The translations under genes were made by a program, and so were the position numbers. From the human T2T-CHM13v2.0 reference genome, Homo sapiens, in assembly GCF_009914755.1 (NCBI RefSeq), contig NC_060925.1: DNA of 64,000 nt. One strand, given 5' to 3'. Below the pieces are notes generated by a model. That model saw nothing but the letters and a program-made list of their open reading frames with translations. It was not told the DNA's origin and made no database searches. Numbering within the stretch: position 1 is the stretch's first letter; every line of letters starts with the position of its first letter. Below are positions 34,621 through 48,399 of this stretch, piece by piece.

Positions 34621-37564
34621 GTACACAAAATGAGTAAGTGTAATACATCATCATGTTAACAGTGATTGTAACTGAATTGTGAGACCACAGGTGATTTTGT
34701 TTTCTCCTGTAGGCTTTTCTATATTCTCTAAACTTTTTTCAGTCAATATATACTACTATAACCAGATAAATTAACAGTAATTGTGAAAAATATGGCATCC
34801 AAAACTGTAAAGAAATATGTTTATTGCAAGGCAATTAAAAACAAGATCCCAAGTTTAAACTTTCATATGCTGTCTCATTGAGCTGCACATGGAAAACACA
34901 ACTACAACAACAGAAAATCTTCTGTGTTAAAAGTAAGAAAATCTTGTCTCACTGATAAACATAAATGTAGATAATTTGAAAAGGAACGTTTACTAGGTGC
35001 TGGTCATTTCACTGGCTTCAATTCATTTGGGACAATTATCCTGAAAACAAAGTCTTATTAGTCCCATTTTACTGACAAGGAATGTGTTCAAGAGATTAAG
35101 GAATTTGCCTAAAGCTGAATTCAAATATAGACCCTTCTGACCTTCAAGATGCACCTTGTCCACTACATGTTGCTGTTCCCATAGTTGACAGGCAACATAT
35201 TAAATAATTATATTTCTAAATATTACCAGAGGCTATTTGAAATCTCTAAAATAAGGCATCAGGAAAAATGGTTCTGTAAAACTATTTTAGATTTCTTGCT
35301 GGAAAATTACAACTACAGGCTCTTACTAAGAAAATGGCACCAAATTACAAATTCTTTTCAATAAGCCAGTCTTTAATAGCTCTAAGCACTAGACTCTTTA
35401 ATTTGAATTTGGCTGTTATGACAAATACAATAAATTAAGTTGTGAAATTAATCATTTTGTTTTTAATGAAAAAACATAAATACAGAAGCTTTGCTGTGTC
35501 TATACATATGGCTGGCAAGGATAATGGTTTATGTTGAAAAATACTACTCTGCAGGAATTCCCACTGCTGTTTATACTGTAATTCAATTTGTTCTATTTAG
35601 CTACAAAAATATGCTAGTCTTTCAGATAATCAGTCCACTGTTGAGGTTCACAGCAGGTTAAAACTGAAACCCTTTCCACTTAATAAAAATGAAATCTATG
35701 ATCTAATTTTTGTTCCCCCATTAGTTCGTAACATAAGAAGCAGAGAATGCTTTATGAACTGGACCAATTCAATGAAATTGAATTTACAAATACTTACTGA
35801 GTAACTTGATATGTATCCAGCAGTCTGCCAGATGTTTTACATTTTTCATTTCATTTTTTCCTAATAAAGTTTCTATGCTATAGATCATAAAATTAAGGAT
35901 CAGAGACATTACATAATCTTAACCAAGGTCACATAGCCAAGAAACAGCAGCAAAAGAATTTGAACCCTCATCTTCCTGAAACTAAATCCTATGCTATTAA
36001 CATGACACAAAACCATTTCTGATGTTATCGTATAATAGAAGACTGATTGTATACGAAAATAAAATGATGGAGGTTTGTACAAGATGATGTTGATGTGGAA
36101 GTGGAAGATGCTGGTGTGGGAACACTAGGAAGAATCCTTACAGGGGATGACATTTAAATAGCTGGTGTAATCATTGGTTTCAGAAGGATTTTATTGTTAC
36201 CCTCTTCTAAAGTAGAGACTGTAATCCTCATTTGCATAAGATGAATGATACTCAGGTTAATATGCATGATACTGATATTGATACTAATACTTATGATCTG
36301 CCAATAAATCAAGAACCCCAAACCTGGTTCTTTATTCTTAGGCCAGTGGAGTGGGTGGGGAGAGTCCTTATAGGCTACCGAGTAGTCAAATGACATAGTG
36401 AGTGAGTGGATGGATAATGTCATAATTGGGCATCTTCAAAACAATTGCTAATAAGAGAATAACACAGAATCTCAATACTTCAGAAATTACCTCTGTAACT
36501 TCTTTGCTAAGAGGTCATCCAACATCTTCTCAGACATTTAAATCAAGACCTACAAAACCATTTATGCTACTCTTGGACAAGCCGAAAATAATAATTACAA
36601 TAAGGAAAAAATAGAGAATATGATCTAATTCCTCAGTTGAGGGAGGGGAGATTGAAGCTGCCTGAAAGAAATGACATTTGAGCAGAAGCTTAAACAAGGA
36701 AGATTTACATACACGAAGATAGGGAGCAGGCAGGGATTCTGGGCAAAATGAAGAATATATTTAAAGACATGAAAGAATGAAAGTGAAAAATTCTGGAACT
36801 GGGAAACAATCAAGTAGTTTGAGCTTAGCTTATATGGGAGAGTATGGGAGGAAGAAACTTGTACTAGTATACCAGAGCCAGACGTTAGAGAGCCTTGAAT
36901 GCCAGGTGAGACTTTTATAAGTTGTCCCTGCCAGGTGAGTAAACAACGTCCAAAGAGAAAAATACTGCAAACAGAGCCTTTAAGGAGACGGTAGAGGAAA
37001 AAGAACCAAAGGAGGAACAGGTAGGGATAGACTTTGCAGAAGCTAATGGAGAAAAGTATGTCAAGAAATATGTAGTGGTCAATAGTACCACAACAATCCA
37101 CTTAAAACATCGTTTCTTCTTCCTAAACTCCTCCCTTTTCTCTTTCCCTCCACTACCAAAATACTGAGTAATCCACATTTACTATTGCACTTCTTTGATG
37201 CCAATTTGTTCCTTAACCCACTGCTTTCTCCATCACATGGAGTCTGGCTTCTTTCTCCATCACATCACTGAAATGACTGAAAATGTCACCTGTAATTTTG
37301 GTTGTCAAAGGCAATGCTGTCCTCATCCTATTTGATCTTTCTGTGGCTCTGTTGGCCAAACTTATATCTCTGGTTCAAACCTCCTGCCACATTTCCAGAC
37401 TCATATATCCAACTGCCACCTCAACATTTCCATGTGGATTCAAATAAACTTGGCCAAAAGGAATGGTTTCTCAAATATACCCAGGCAAGTTAGATCAGAG
37501 CAGATAGTATCCAGGGAGAAACTTGTTGTCAGCACTGGATTAGAGGAATCAGGAGTTCAGGCAC

Positions 37565-37940
37565 TGTATTAGTCCATTCTCACATTGCTATAAAGAACTA
37601 CCTGAGACTAGGTAATTTATGAAGAAAAGAGGTTGAACTGATTCACAGTTCTGCAGGCTGTACAGAACGAATGGCTGGGGAGGCCTCAGGAAACTTACAA
37701 TGATGGCAAAAAAGGGGAAGCAAGCACCTTTCTTCACATGTCAGCAGTAGAGAGAGAGCAAAGGGGGAAGTGCTGCACACTTTTAAACAACCAGATCTCA
37801 TGAGAACTCGCTATCCCAAGAACAGCAAGGGGCAAATCCACCCTCATGATCCAGTCACCTCCTACCAGGCCACTCCTCCAACACTTAAAATCATAACTCA
37901 ACATGAGATTTGGGTGGAGACACAGAACCAAACCATATCA
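37565..37940 (-). mobile_element. MSTA-like MaLR solo LTR
   Basis: 'tgtattagtccattctcac...gagatttgggtggagacacagaaccaaaccatatca'; 5-bp TSD ggca[c/t]. Confidence 0.9.
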
Positions 37941-40642
37941 GGCATAGCCATATTTGTTGGCATGCAACTTACAGAAACACTTTTTAAGTGCAATAATTCA
38001 GGCAAACCTCACAATCACCTTGGAATCCAGGGGTCATTATTTCCATTTTATAGGTGAGCAAACTGAGGCTCAATGAGGTAGAGTGGCACCATTCATTTAT
38101 TCATTCATCCATCTACCAATCCATTCATCCATTCTCTTACTATTTATGAGAGCTTGCTATGTGCTAGGCCCTATAACTTAGTCAAAGTTCCTCGGCCAGT
38201 CCTGGTAGAGTGGGAATTCAAACCCCAGGCTGCTCACCTTTAAGTCCAAGGATCATTTCCTTTCCATACAGTTGTATGGAGGCCATCCAATCAGGACCTT
38301 TTCAGATTTGCTTGTGGATAAATGACACATATTTATAACTGGACAGCAGTTACAGCACTGTATGTATAATAATTGGTACTGGATAAATGTGTCAAGTGAA
38401 CAAATGGATGGATGAATATGAGGATAACAATAATACTGTTCGTCCTATCCCATAGGATTATTATGAGGGCCAAATGAGATTTTAGTGGAAAGGGTCTTGA
38501 CAAGCGGCTATTTTAATATTCTTTTTTATTGTTTGTTGCCTCAAATCCTGTTTGGAAATAGCAATGATGCAACAATCTGGTTTGAATCCCCTTCTCTATG
38601 GAACAACAGCATTTGGTTATAGGTTATAACCTTGTCTGTTTTTGCTTACTGTCTCCTTCTCAAGATATAAACACCTATATTTTTCATATCCACATACTAC
38701 CAGGTCCACAAAAAGGGGGCTCAAAATCTGTTTCTTGAATAAATTTATGATTTCCAGTTTTATAGATTAGGGAATCAAAGTTCAGAAGGCTAAATGAATA
38801 GCATAAAGTCACCTGGTAATTAAGTGGCAGAACTAAAATTTGTACTCAGGTCTTCTGACTCTAATACTTTTTACAATATACTTTTTTGACTGAGTGTTAG
38901 GCCTCACTAGCAATTTAGATAATAATAAAACAATAAAAGTTAGGTACAACTTGATCATTTATGAGGTACATTCCCATACATTTTCTAGCTGACTCTCAAA
39001 ACAACACTGCAAACACAAATTATAGATAAGGAAATCTAGGCCTGAAGCCCTCAAGATATGTAAAATTGCCTAGGGGCAAAGAACTAACAAATTCAGAAGC
39101 CAGGCCCTTCTCCAGGTTCAACATCTCTGGCTTCTTCACCTTCATATTCACACCTTTCTTCCATCAGGCTGCCCTGCCCCAGGAAAACAACCCAATCTTT
39201 TTAAGACAGTGTATTCACAACTGTACTCATTGTGCCAGGACAGGCCAGCACAGAAGAATATGGCCTTTCAACTTGCACAGATTTCCAGAAGAAGATATTT
39301 TGTCATCTAAAAATGCTGCCAAGGTTCCAGGTACATGATTGGTGAGGAACCAGGCCAGTTGACAAAATATTTGACAAAATTCCAATTGCTGGTGATTCTC
39401 AAGTTACAGGAGATAAGGACTTCTTGGATGTGCCCATTGGCCTGCATGCAGTATAATTGAAATAGAATGTGCAGGTGCTGTCAGGGTAATATGACATGTA
39501 TCCAGATCTTTTTCCTTTTCTTTTATTTTTAGGCTTAAAGTCTAGTCCTCTTTCTTTGGCAGTTTTTGGAGCCATGTGACTGGCACAACTCTGGCAAATA
39601 CTATAAATGCAATGGGATTGTGATGAAGGGAAAATTGCCATCATGCAAAACTAGAATTAAATATCTGTACTCCTTCTTGGGGCTTTTAAAGGTGGGTGCC
39701 ATTTCTTAGCATTAAGAAACTGCTTTAATTACTGAGATATAAAATCAAGAGGGAAACTCAGTTTTAATGGAATTTATATTTAAACACAACAGGAATGAGC
39801 AGGAACATTAATTGGTACTAAAAAAAGAAGATATTATTAATTTCACCCTACTTTGAGTTATATTCAGTGTAACAAACATTGCAAATACAAAGTAAATTGT
39901 ATTTCTTAAGTGTAAATATCCTTAAATATAAATATTTTGAATTCAAATGAATTAGAGACTGAAAAGTAATATTTTATGCATTCATTCATTCATTTATTTA
40001 TTTATTCAAAAAATATTTATTGACCATGGACTCTGGAACCAAAGTCTAGGTGTAAATCAGGTATCTGCCACTTAATACCCCTATTCTATTATTTTAAATC
40101 ACTATCATTATTGCTAACACATGTCAGGCCCTATTCTAAAAACTAAATACTAAATGAGAATCTGAGTATGCTCTGGAGGACCCCAGAGGAGAAGACATGG
40201 TGCTTATCCTTGCAGAACTTGAGGTGACACCCTTGTAAATTGTCCCTTTATTAAATTATCCTCAAATTCCTGCCAAGACTCTGACATAAGACATAAGGAT
40301 AGAATATATAAGAAAACTGAAGAGGCTAGATATAAGAAAACTGAAGAGGCTAGTGTGGCTAGAGTTTATGAGAAATAAGAAGGGAAAGAAAGATAAAGTT
40401 GGAGAGACAGGCAGAGATCAAATTATGCACAGCCTTATAGATTATGGTAACAAGTTTGAATGTTACTTTAAGTATAATAAGAAGTCACTGGAAATAGAGA
40501 AATAAGGAGTAGTATCTGCATCAGAATGTAACACGATGACTATGAAAACTGTGCAGCTTCTGATTATTTGAGGGCTATAGAACACTACAAAGACTAAATT
40601 TTCTGCTGGCTTTATAAAGTCAGAAAAGTTGATGTCTTAAAA

Positions 40643-41006
40643 AAGGGTTCCCCAACCTCTGGGTCATGGACCAGTACCTGTTTGTGCCTGGGCTGCTAGG
40701 AACTGAGCCACACAGCACGAGGTGGTGGGGGGGTGGGAGTGAGCATGACCCCCTGAGCTCCACCTCCTGTCAGATCAGCAGCAGCATCAGATTCTCATAG
40801 GAGTGAGAACCCTATTGTCAACTGTGCATGTGAGGGATCTAGGTTGCACGCTTCTTATTGAGAATCTAATGAATGCCTGATGATCTGAATTGGAACAGTT
40901 TAATCCTAAAACCATCTCCCCGCTCTCCCACCTCCTGTTTCTGGTCCATGGAAAAATTGTATTCCACAAAACCAGTCTCTGGTGCCAAAAAGGTTGGAGA
41001 CTGCCA
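40643..41006 (+). mobile_element. MER1B (hAT-Charlie MITE)
   Basis: 'ctcctgtcagatcagcagcagcatcagattctcataggag...ggtgccaaaaaggttggagactg'; 8-bp TSD tctt[a/g]aaa at 40635-42 and 41007-14. Confidence 0.9.
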
Positions 41007-41094
41007 TCTTGAAATATCCCACCTGTAAACATTTCCTGTCTCCCTCCCCCTCACTGTCCTCCTTCTCAAAAAAAAACTCAACATATAGAGAAGA

Positions 41095-41320
41095 ATGGCA
41101 GGATTTGGACTAATGCATATTAGGCTTCCAATCCTGGCTCTGCCACTCACTAGCTGAGTGACTTTGGATAACTTATTACAAATCTTTGAGCCTTACTTTC
41201 TGCATATATAAAATGAAATAAGATTAATAACACCTGCCCTCATGAGAGTAGTAGGAGAATGACTTAAGTGGGAGCAAAGAAGCTAGCATAGCATTTGGCA
41301 CATAAATGCTCAATAAATAT
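41095..41320 (+). mobile_element. MIR
   Basis: 'aatcctggctctgccactcactagctgagtgactttgg...ttggcacataaatgctcaataaatat'. Confidence 0.8.
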
Positions 41321-41939
41321 CATTTTCTTTCCCTTCTTTTCTCCTATGTCTATGTCTATAATAGTGTTAGGGCCATGACATTTAGTATTAAATAATATCC
41401 CTGGACAGTAATCATAAAACTTTGTATTACAGATGCTAGTCCTATAATCTAAGGAATATCAAAATATCATTGAGAATAGAAACTTAAATTAATAATAAAA
41501 AGGCATAATAAATAATTATAATAACAAAAAGTTTTATAATTCATATATTATTTTCTATTCCTTTCTTCATTTTCTTCTCAAAATACCCTTGTACAATGGG
41601 CAAGTCAGATATTATTCCCATTTTATAGGTGAAGGAACAGACTTGGAGATATTCCAATACTTACATATGTTCACTCAATCTGCAAGGGATAGAAAAATAA
41701 ACAGAATCTAGGTATTTTAATTCCTTTACAAGGATTAATTCCACTTCATTACTAACAGACTGGGAATATACATTAAACGGGAAATGTTGCTCCCCCTGAG
41801 ACCTGCTGTTGCCCTCAGGACAAGCCATCAAAGTAGTCTGTGATACATGCCTACTCCCACCTCCCAATACTTTATCTATAGCCTTATCTCTCCCCATGTC
41901 CTATTCATTAATTTAAGGAGAAGCCATACTGAACTTGTT

Positions 41940-42362
41940 GCTTGTTTTTCCTGGAACACACCAAACTGTTAGTTCTGGGCACATACTGCTGCCTTTGCCC
42001 AGAATGGCCTTCCTGCTCCTGAACAGCTAGGTAACATCTCCTCATGAATATTTCAAGAGTTAACTCAAGGGTTGCTGCAGCTAGGAGGGTCTTCTTGATA
42101 CCCCATGTAAAATGGCTACCTCATCTTCAGTGTCCCTAAGCACAGCCTTTTAACAAATAATTGTATCTTGCATTTGGTGTAATTCTGTCTATTCTGTCTA
42201 TCTCTGCATCAGTTGCATTTGGTAAAAATGTGTCTTCTGCTTCTGGACTGTGAGTTCCGTGAGGGCAGGGAATGTGCCATGCTTTTAACATTCTTCTTGT
42301 CCAGACAGGGTCTGGCATGGAACAGGTGCTCAAGGAATACTTCATAATACAATGAATGAATT
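41940..42362 (+). mobile_element. L2 3' end
   Basis: 'gactgtgagttccgtgagggcaggga...tctggcatggaacaggtgctcaaggaatac...aatgaatgaa'. Confidence 0.7.
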
Positions 42363-43250
42363 AAGTTCCCTAGGGTCCTTTAAGTTTGATCCAGAAGTCT
42401 TATACATAAATAGAAAACAGTAACTCACAGATCTCCTCAGGAAGGAGTCAGTCCAAACCATCTACTTACATTAAAGCATGGAGAACAAAGTGGAAAAACA
42501 AAAACAAAGATGTAGAAGTCAACAATGACTGAAATTACTGCTCTTTGAGGAACAGCCCTAACATATCATTTTCCCAGCAGTGACTCTCACCATTTTATCT
42601 CCATATGCCATTTTTCAATCCAGACTGAGCTGGTTCTCTAGTGTAAAATAGCCCCAATGCTATTGAGAATGGTTCTGTCAATGAAAAAGCAAGACCATTC
42701 ACAGTGAAATGCATTTTACCAGGCCTATGCACATATTTCAACAGAGATTGTCTCATAAGTTCTCTGAACCTTGGTTTTCCTATCTGTAAGGTATGGATTA
42801 TATCCTGTCTTAGCGCCTATACTAGCAAGGCTAATTCATGACATGAGGCATCTAGTGTAAAAATGCTCCAAGCACTGTTAACTTGCTCTATCCTAGAACC
42901 TGTGGAAAGAATATCAGAAAAAAAGTTTGACCAATGTGTTGCTGGCTGATGATGGCTATCAGTGGTCGCCAGGTACTATGTTAGAACTCTGCAAAAGACA
43001 GAAGAGATGGCCTGAGGGGCTATGTTGGAGGACTCTAGGGTGACTGAGTGAGCCCATCATTGAGGAAGCTTCATAAAGTGGGTAATATGTGGTTAGGATC
43101 AGGGGTTGCTCTTCTGTATTCCAGCACCGAACACAAAATAGACATTTCATAATTTTAAAAGGAAGGAAAGGAAATGGAGGGGAGGGGAGGGGAGGGGAGT
43201 CATGCTTAAAGGCCCAGCTCACTTCTGTGCAATCCTATTCAGTTTACCTA

Positions 43251-43254
<4 letters not shown>

Positions 43255-43284
<30 letters not shown>
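43255..43284. repeat. (CA)n microsatellite
   Basis: About 15 perfect AC units. Confidence 0.97.
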
Positions 43285-43286
<2 letters not shown>

Positions 43287-44422
43287 AAACACAAATACAC
43301 ATCTGCTGCTCCCTCAGACCTAAGCTGGGTTCTAGTGACCCTGATATGGATGAGACATAGTCCTTACTTCAAGGACTAAACTGAGACAGACCCAGAAATA
43401 GACAATGATAATTTGATGATAAATGCTGTGAAAGAGAAATTCAGGAGAAAGGGAGACAGACTGAGCAGGGATTGACTAACTCTACCTGCAGGGTCCTGGA
43501 AGACTTCCCAGAGAGGAAGACACGTAGTTAGGTTAGGCTCTGAAGGAAGAGTAAGAGTTTCCAGGCAGAGTGGCCAAGAGAGGATTCTAGGCTGAGGTCA
43601 CATTGAAAGCAAAGGCAATGGGGTTGGTGGTGGTGGTAACACAATCAGACATTATTGGGAAGCCTAAGGGTGAGTGTCTAATGGCAGAACAGAAGATGTG
43701 GGAGAGAAAGTTGCTGGAGCTAAGGTAAGAAAGACAGGATGGGGTCAGTCCAGCCTTACCCCGGATCAGGCATAAAATGTGTTCTAGGAAAGGGAAACAA
43801 TAGCAGCAAAAATGACCGGAATCCAGGATTTGACTAGAGGAACTATTTTTAGAAAATCATAGATTGAAAAAGTAAGGGAGGAAAGGATAAGATTTAAAAT
43901 TTGAGACAAGCAACTTCTTATGGCTTTTTTTCCTTTTATTTGTCTAATCTCACATCATTCTCTACTCACCACTCTTGCCACCTAACCCTATCCCATGGCT
44001 CTGCTACATATATTAAAGATAATTAATAAGACTGCCTGGTTTTGTATCCCACCTCTATCATTTATTAGTTTGTTGAACTTGAAAAGTTTCCCAACATTTC
44101 TTACCCTCAGTTTTTAGAGCCACCAATGAGTATCCATTGTATGGAATGCTATGTGCTTTAATAATTTCTATTGATCATTTTGTATGTGTCAGGTCCCATT
44201 CCAAGTATTTTTGTGTATTATTTCATTTATTTCCAGACAATTGTTTTAATGTAGGTAGTATTTGTGTCCCTATTTTATAGATGAAGAAAGCAAAACACAG
44301 TTTGAGAATTTGGTCTCAGGTAACAAAGCTATAGGTAGAAGACAGGGTTGGAATCCAGGCATTTTGATGAAAAAGCCTGTGTTTCCAACCACAGTGAGTA
44401 AGAACCTCGACTTCACGTGCCT

Positions 44423-45165
44423 AAGGTTCTTCAAAAAACTAAAAATAGAGCTATCATAAGATCCAGCAATCCCACTGCTGGGTATATACCCAAAACAAAG
44501 GAAATAAGTGTATCAAAGAGATACCTGCACTCTCATGTTTGCTGCAGCACTGTTCACAATAGCCAAGATTTGGAAGCAACCTAAATGTTCATCAATACAT
44601 GAATGGATCAAGAAAATGTGGTGCTTATACATAATGGAGTACTGTTCAGCAATAAAAAAGAATGAGATCTTGTCATTTGCAACGACATGGATGGAATTCG
44701 AGGCCATTACCTTAAGTGAAATAAGTCAGGCATAGAAAGACAAGCATCACATATACTCACTTATTTGTGGGATCTAAAAATCCAAACAATTGAACTCATG
44801 GAGATAGAGTTATCAGAAGATGGGAAGAGTAGTGGGGGTTGGGGGACTGGTTAGGGAGGAAGTAGGGACAGTCAATGGGTACAAAAAACAAATTGAATAA
44901 GACCTAGTACTGGATAATGCAACAAGGTGACTATAGTCAATAATAATTTAATTGTACATTTAAAAATAACCAAAAGATTATAACTGTATTGTTTGTAACA
45001 CCAAGGATAAATGCTTGAGGGGATGGATACCCAATTTCCCATGATGTGGTTATTATGCATTGCATGCTTGTACCAAAATATCTCATATACCCCATAAATA
45101 TATATACCTACTAGATATCTACAAAAATTAAAAATAAAAAAATTAAAACCATAAAAAATAAAAAG
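44423..45165 (+). mobile_element. 5'-truncated L1MA (L1MA2/3-like) 3' end
   Basis: ORF 44508-44735 (DTCTLMFAAALFTIAKIWKQPKC) and L1MA 3'UTR 'gataaatgcttgaggggatggatacc', followed by an A-rich tail. Confidence 0.85.
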
Positions 45166-48100
45166 GTATCTAGCATTGTGGGGGATCACAGAATCCATGT
45201 GTCTGTGTGGTGTGATGAAACACAGAACTCTAATGAATGAGTGAGGAAATGAATGAAAAAATGTTGGTTGAAACGGAAAACACCTAGCTGAGAGAAAAAC
45301 TCTTCTTCCCCAGGTAGCTAGCCAGGAGAATGAAGAGTTGGTAGCTATAAAGTGGGATGGTGGTGGTGACTGTCTCATTTCATCAGATATACTTGTCATA
45401 CATGCACCATTGTCCTGAGCCCATGAATAAAACACTGAGAAGTGCCCCAGACACCCTCCAAGGAGCATGATGGGGCCTCAGGGCCCACACCAGGCTCCCT
45501 GTGTAGCCCTATGATTGGGCTTCAGAAAGTACCTGTTGCCATTCTTCTGCCTCATCCATCATCATTACAGCCAACCCAAACATCTGATTATGAAGGCACA
45601 GCCTGGTAGCAGTGAGCAGCCAGGGAGCACAATGCCTCCAAGCCAGAAGTAAAAGGACTGGGCATGGAGGAAATCATAATTCATCAGCTTCAGAAAACTC
45701 AGAATGCTGAAGGCAGCACAAAGCTAATGCTTCTGACCTTATAGAGAAGCAGAAAAGCCAAGGGAGCAGGCTCAGTGAGGGAGGCGACACAGGAGGTGGA
45801 GCAGGAGATAGGTTTTTCTGTCCACAGATGTCTGCAAGGTGGTGGGGTGGGGGAGGAGACATCACAGAAATATCTGCTAGTCTTAATCATTCTGCAGAAT
45901 GACATCTGAAAATCCATGCCCTGGAGACTCTGGGGTAGGACACAATTGCCTGAACTGTCAGACAGTTTAAATGACTGTCCCGAAATCATACAAATAGAAA
46001 TAGAAAGGCAGATTTAAACCCAGAGCTCTGTGACTCCAAAGTCTATGCTCTTTCTCTTCTACCACACTGCCCCATGATTACACAGGAGTGTATTCTAAGA
46101 TGTGTGTGCCCAATTTCACACCACTGCTGCATGTCAGCTTGAGAGAGAGAGAGAACAAGCTAGCAAGTTGCCACTAGCTAGATCTTATCTACTCCAAATT
46201 TCCTATTCTCATCCCCGTTTTATACTGATCCAGGCAGAAGCAGTAATGTGACCAAGGTCACACAGTAGCTAGTATAAAGGTCTCTGAATTTCCACATACC
46301 TCGTAAGAGGAGAAAAGTTGCCACCTCCAGGTTTCCAGTGAAAACTATACTTTCCAGGCCAGCTAACAGTTTGAAGGTCATTTACCAAGATGCTTCACAC
46401 GCATGCTTGTTTACTTAAAAAAAGGAAAGAAGCCTAATTATAGCCCACTGAGAAATAAGATGTTGATGTATAAATGAAATTATGAAAAAAACATCTAATG
46501 GCATGCTTGGGAAGAGCCTATAGGCTTGAAGGATGGATAGTGCTTCAAGCAGGGAAGGAGAGGGGGGGTGACAAAGCCCTGTGGCCAGGTCTTAGGCTGG
46601 GGGAGAGGAGTCTCAAGTCATGCAAGTTGCTTCCAGTATCTCCCTATGCACTATCCTGTCTGTGTCCAAAGCAGGGATCTTTCTGCATCCTCAGAGGGTA
46701 CCTGCAAACCAAAAGGCAGCGAGATACAATGCAAAGAACTTGGGTAACAAAATCACATGGGCTTGGCTTTGCAACTTATCAACTGAGTGGCCATGGGTAA
46801 ATCACCTCACTTCTCTGAGCCTTGATTTCTTCATATCATCAATGGAGATAATACTTTGTAGGACTATAGTACAATTAAAGGAAACATACATAAAGTATTT
46901 AGCATGTTCCTCGAATACATTAGGTATTAATAAACTTTATTACACTGATTAGTGTCGTTATTATTACTATCTATCCCTCATAATGTGAGGAGCATGTCAC
47001 TGGGTTTCCAGTGGTTTCCATGGTAGTCTCCAGGATTTGGCTATTTTCTGTTAAAAGGACATGGCTTTTCTTTAAAAACAGTGGGAATTGCATGTTTCTC
47101 TGAAGTAAAAATGTTCAGCTCCCACTCAACACCCTACCTACCTATTGTGGGTATAATTCTGAGGGGGAGGTGGGAATTATTTCTTTGAAACTTATCACTG
47201 AGCCAGAACTGAAACTGCTGAGCCAGGCGCAGTAGTGCCTTCTGACTGTGGTAAGTGGGGACCCTCCCAGACTTTGGAGTGTCTTTTGAAAAATGTCTAT
47301 GTCCTTCTTTAGTACCTGGGCTGGCTGTGCAGTCCAAGCAGGATGTCCTGAGCCCTGGTTCCTCTGGGTCCTGGTCACTAGACGTGCCTAACTTGAAATT
47401 TTCTCAGTCCTCTTCCAGTGCTGGAGATCAACCAGGACTAGCAGTGACAATTGGGCAGGGCATATCTCAGCCCTCCTTTCTCATTCTCAGGGTGTTCGCA
47501 ATCTTTCTAGTTCCCCAGATGTAGAGACAATCAGATGCTCTGAGAAGGCCCAGAACTTATGGTTATGGGCTTGTCCCATGTCCCAGTTCCAGGATAAGAT
47601 AGATGCCTGGGTAAGCGATCACTTCTGTGTATTTCCTTCATGGAATCATACAAGATTGGGCCACCAGAATGGTGCCAACATACTGAATTTGGGTGACTCT
47701 CATTTATCTTGGACACAGGAAGCGTCTAGAGCTCTGAGATACTGATAGTCCACCACTGACCTCTGGACTTGAGCTATGTATGGACCCAGGCATTGGCTCT
47801 TGCCCATCTATGTTCTAATCAAGGTGCTGTCTCCAGGTTTACAGCAACTGAAGATAGCATGGGTGGCAGCAGGCATCCTTAACCCTGTATCCTCTTCTGC
47901 TAAGTAGTTACCAGTCTCTTTACAGTGCTAAGATGTTCTCCAGAAGTAGCTGTCCCTATCATGAGATATCTATCTTCTTTGAAGTCTTTCAAAATTGTTA
48001 CTCTGTATCTCCAATAAGCCTTTCTCATTGTCTCCAATCCAAGTGTGAATGTTGTGGTCTCTTGGGCCATTAATGAGGTGTGCCATTTGAGAACACACTT

Positions 48101-48399
48101 TCCTTGCACAAACAGAACAGTTTCTCTCTGTATCTGGGCTCCTTGCTTATTCTTCCTGCTGATGGTGGTATGTGAAAGGCAGTTAACATTGTGCAGTGAA
48201 CTCTGACAGAGTACATTCTAGGAATGTAGGGACTACAACCTAAAGCTAGAATTCAAGATAAAACATTGTTGGAAGATGTGTTAATCTACGTTTATGCTAT
48301 ACAATTCCTAATGGTACATTTAACATAACCAGCAAATAAATTATTTATTCACATTTTTCTGTATACTTAAGATGAGCCCTGCATTTGTGTACATCATTA

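Larger units (their letters stand above)
32150..34760 (+). mobile_element. very old L1M(E)-type 3' fragments, host to MER11 and MER9
   Basis: Degenerate ORF2 end ('gaacagccaattca...aaacatatgaaaagttgttcaatctcattag') and old 3'UTR ('atgttaacagtgatt...acaggtgattttgtttt'). Confidence 0.55.

Noticed and set aside
43161-43199. G-rich purine tract (GGAGG)n, potential G-quadruplex or triplex
   Set aside because: Common low-complexity repeat with no supporting context.
44872-45468. 198-aa minus-strand ORF
   Set aside because: Runs antisense through the L1MA 3'UTR and tail, has biased composition and no recognisable domain.
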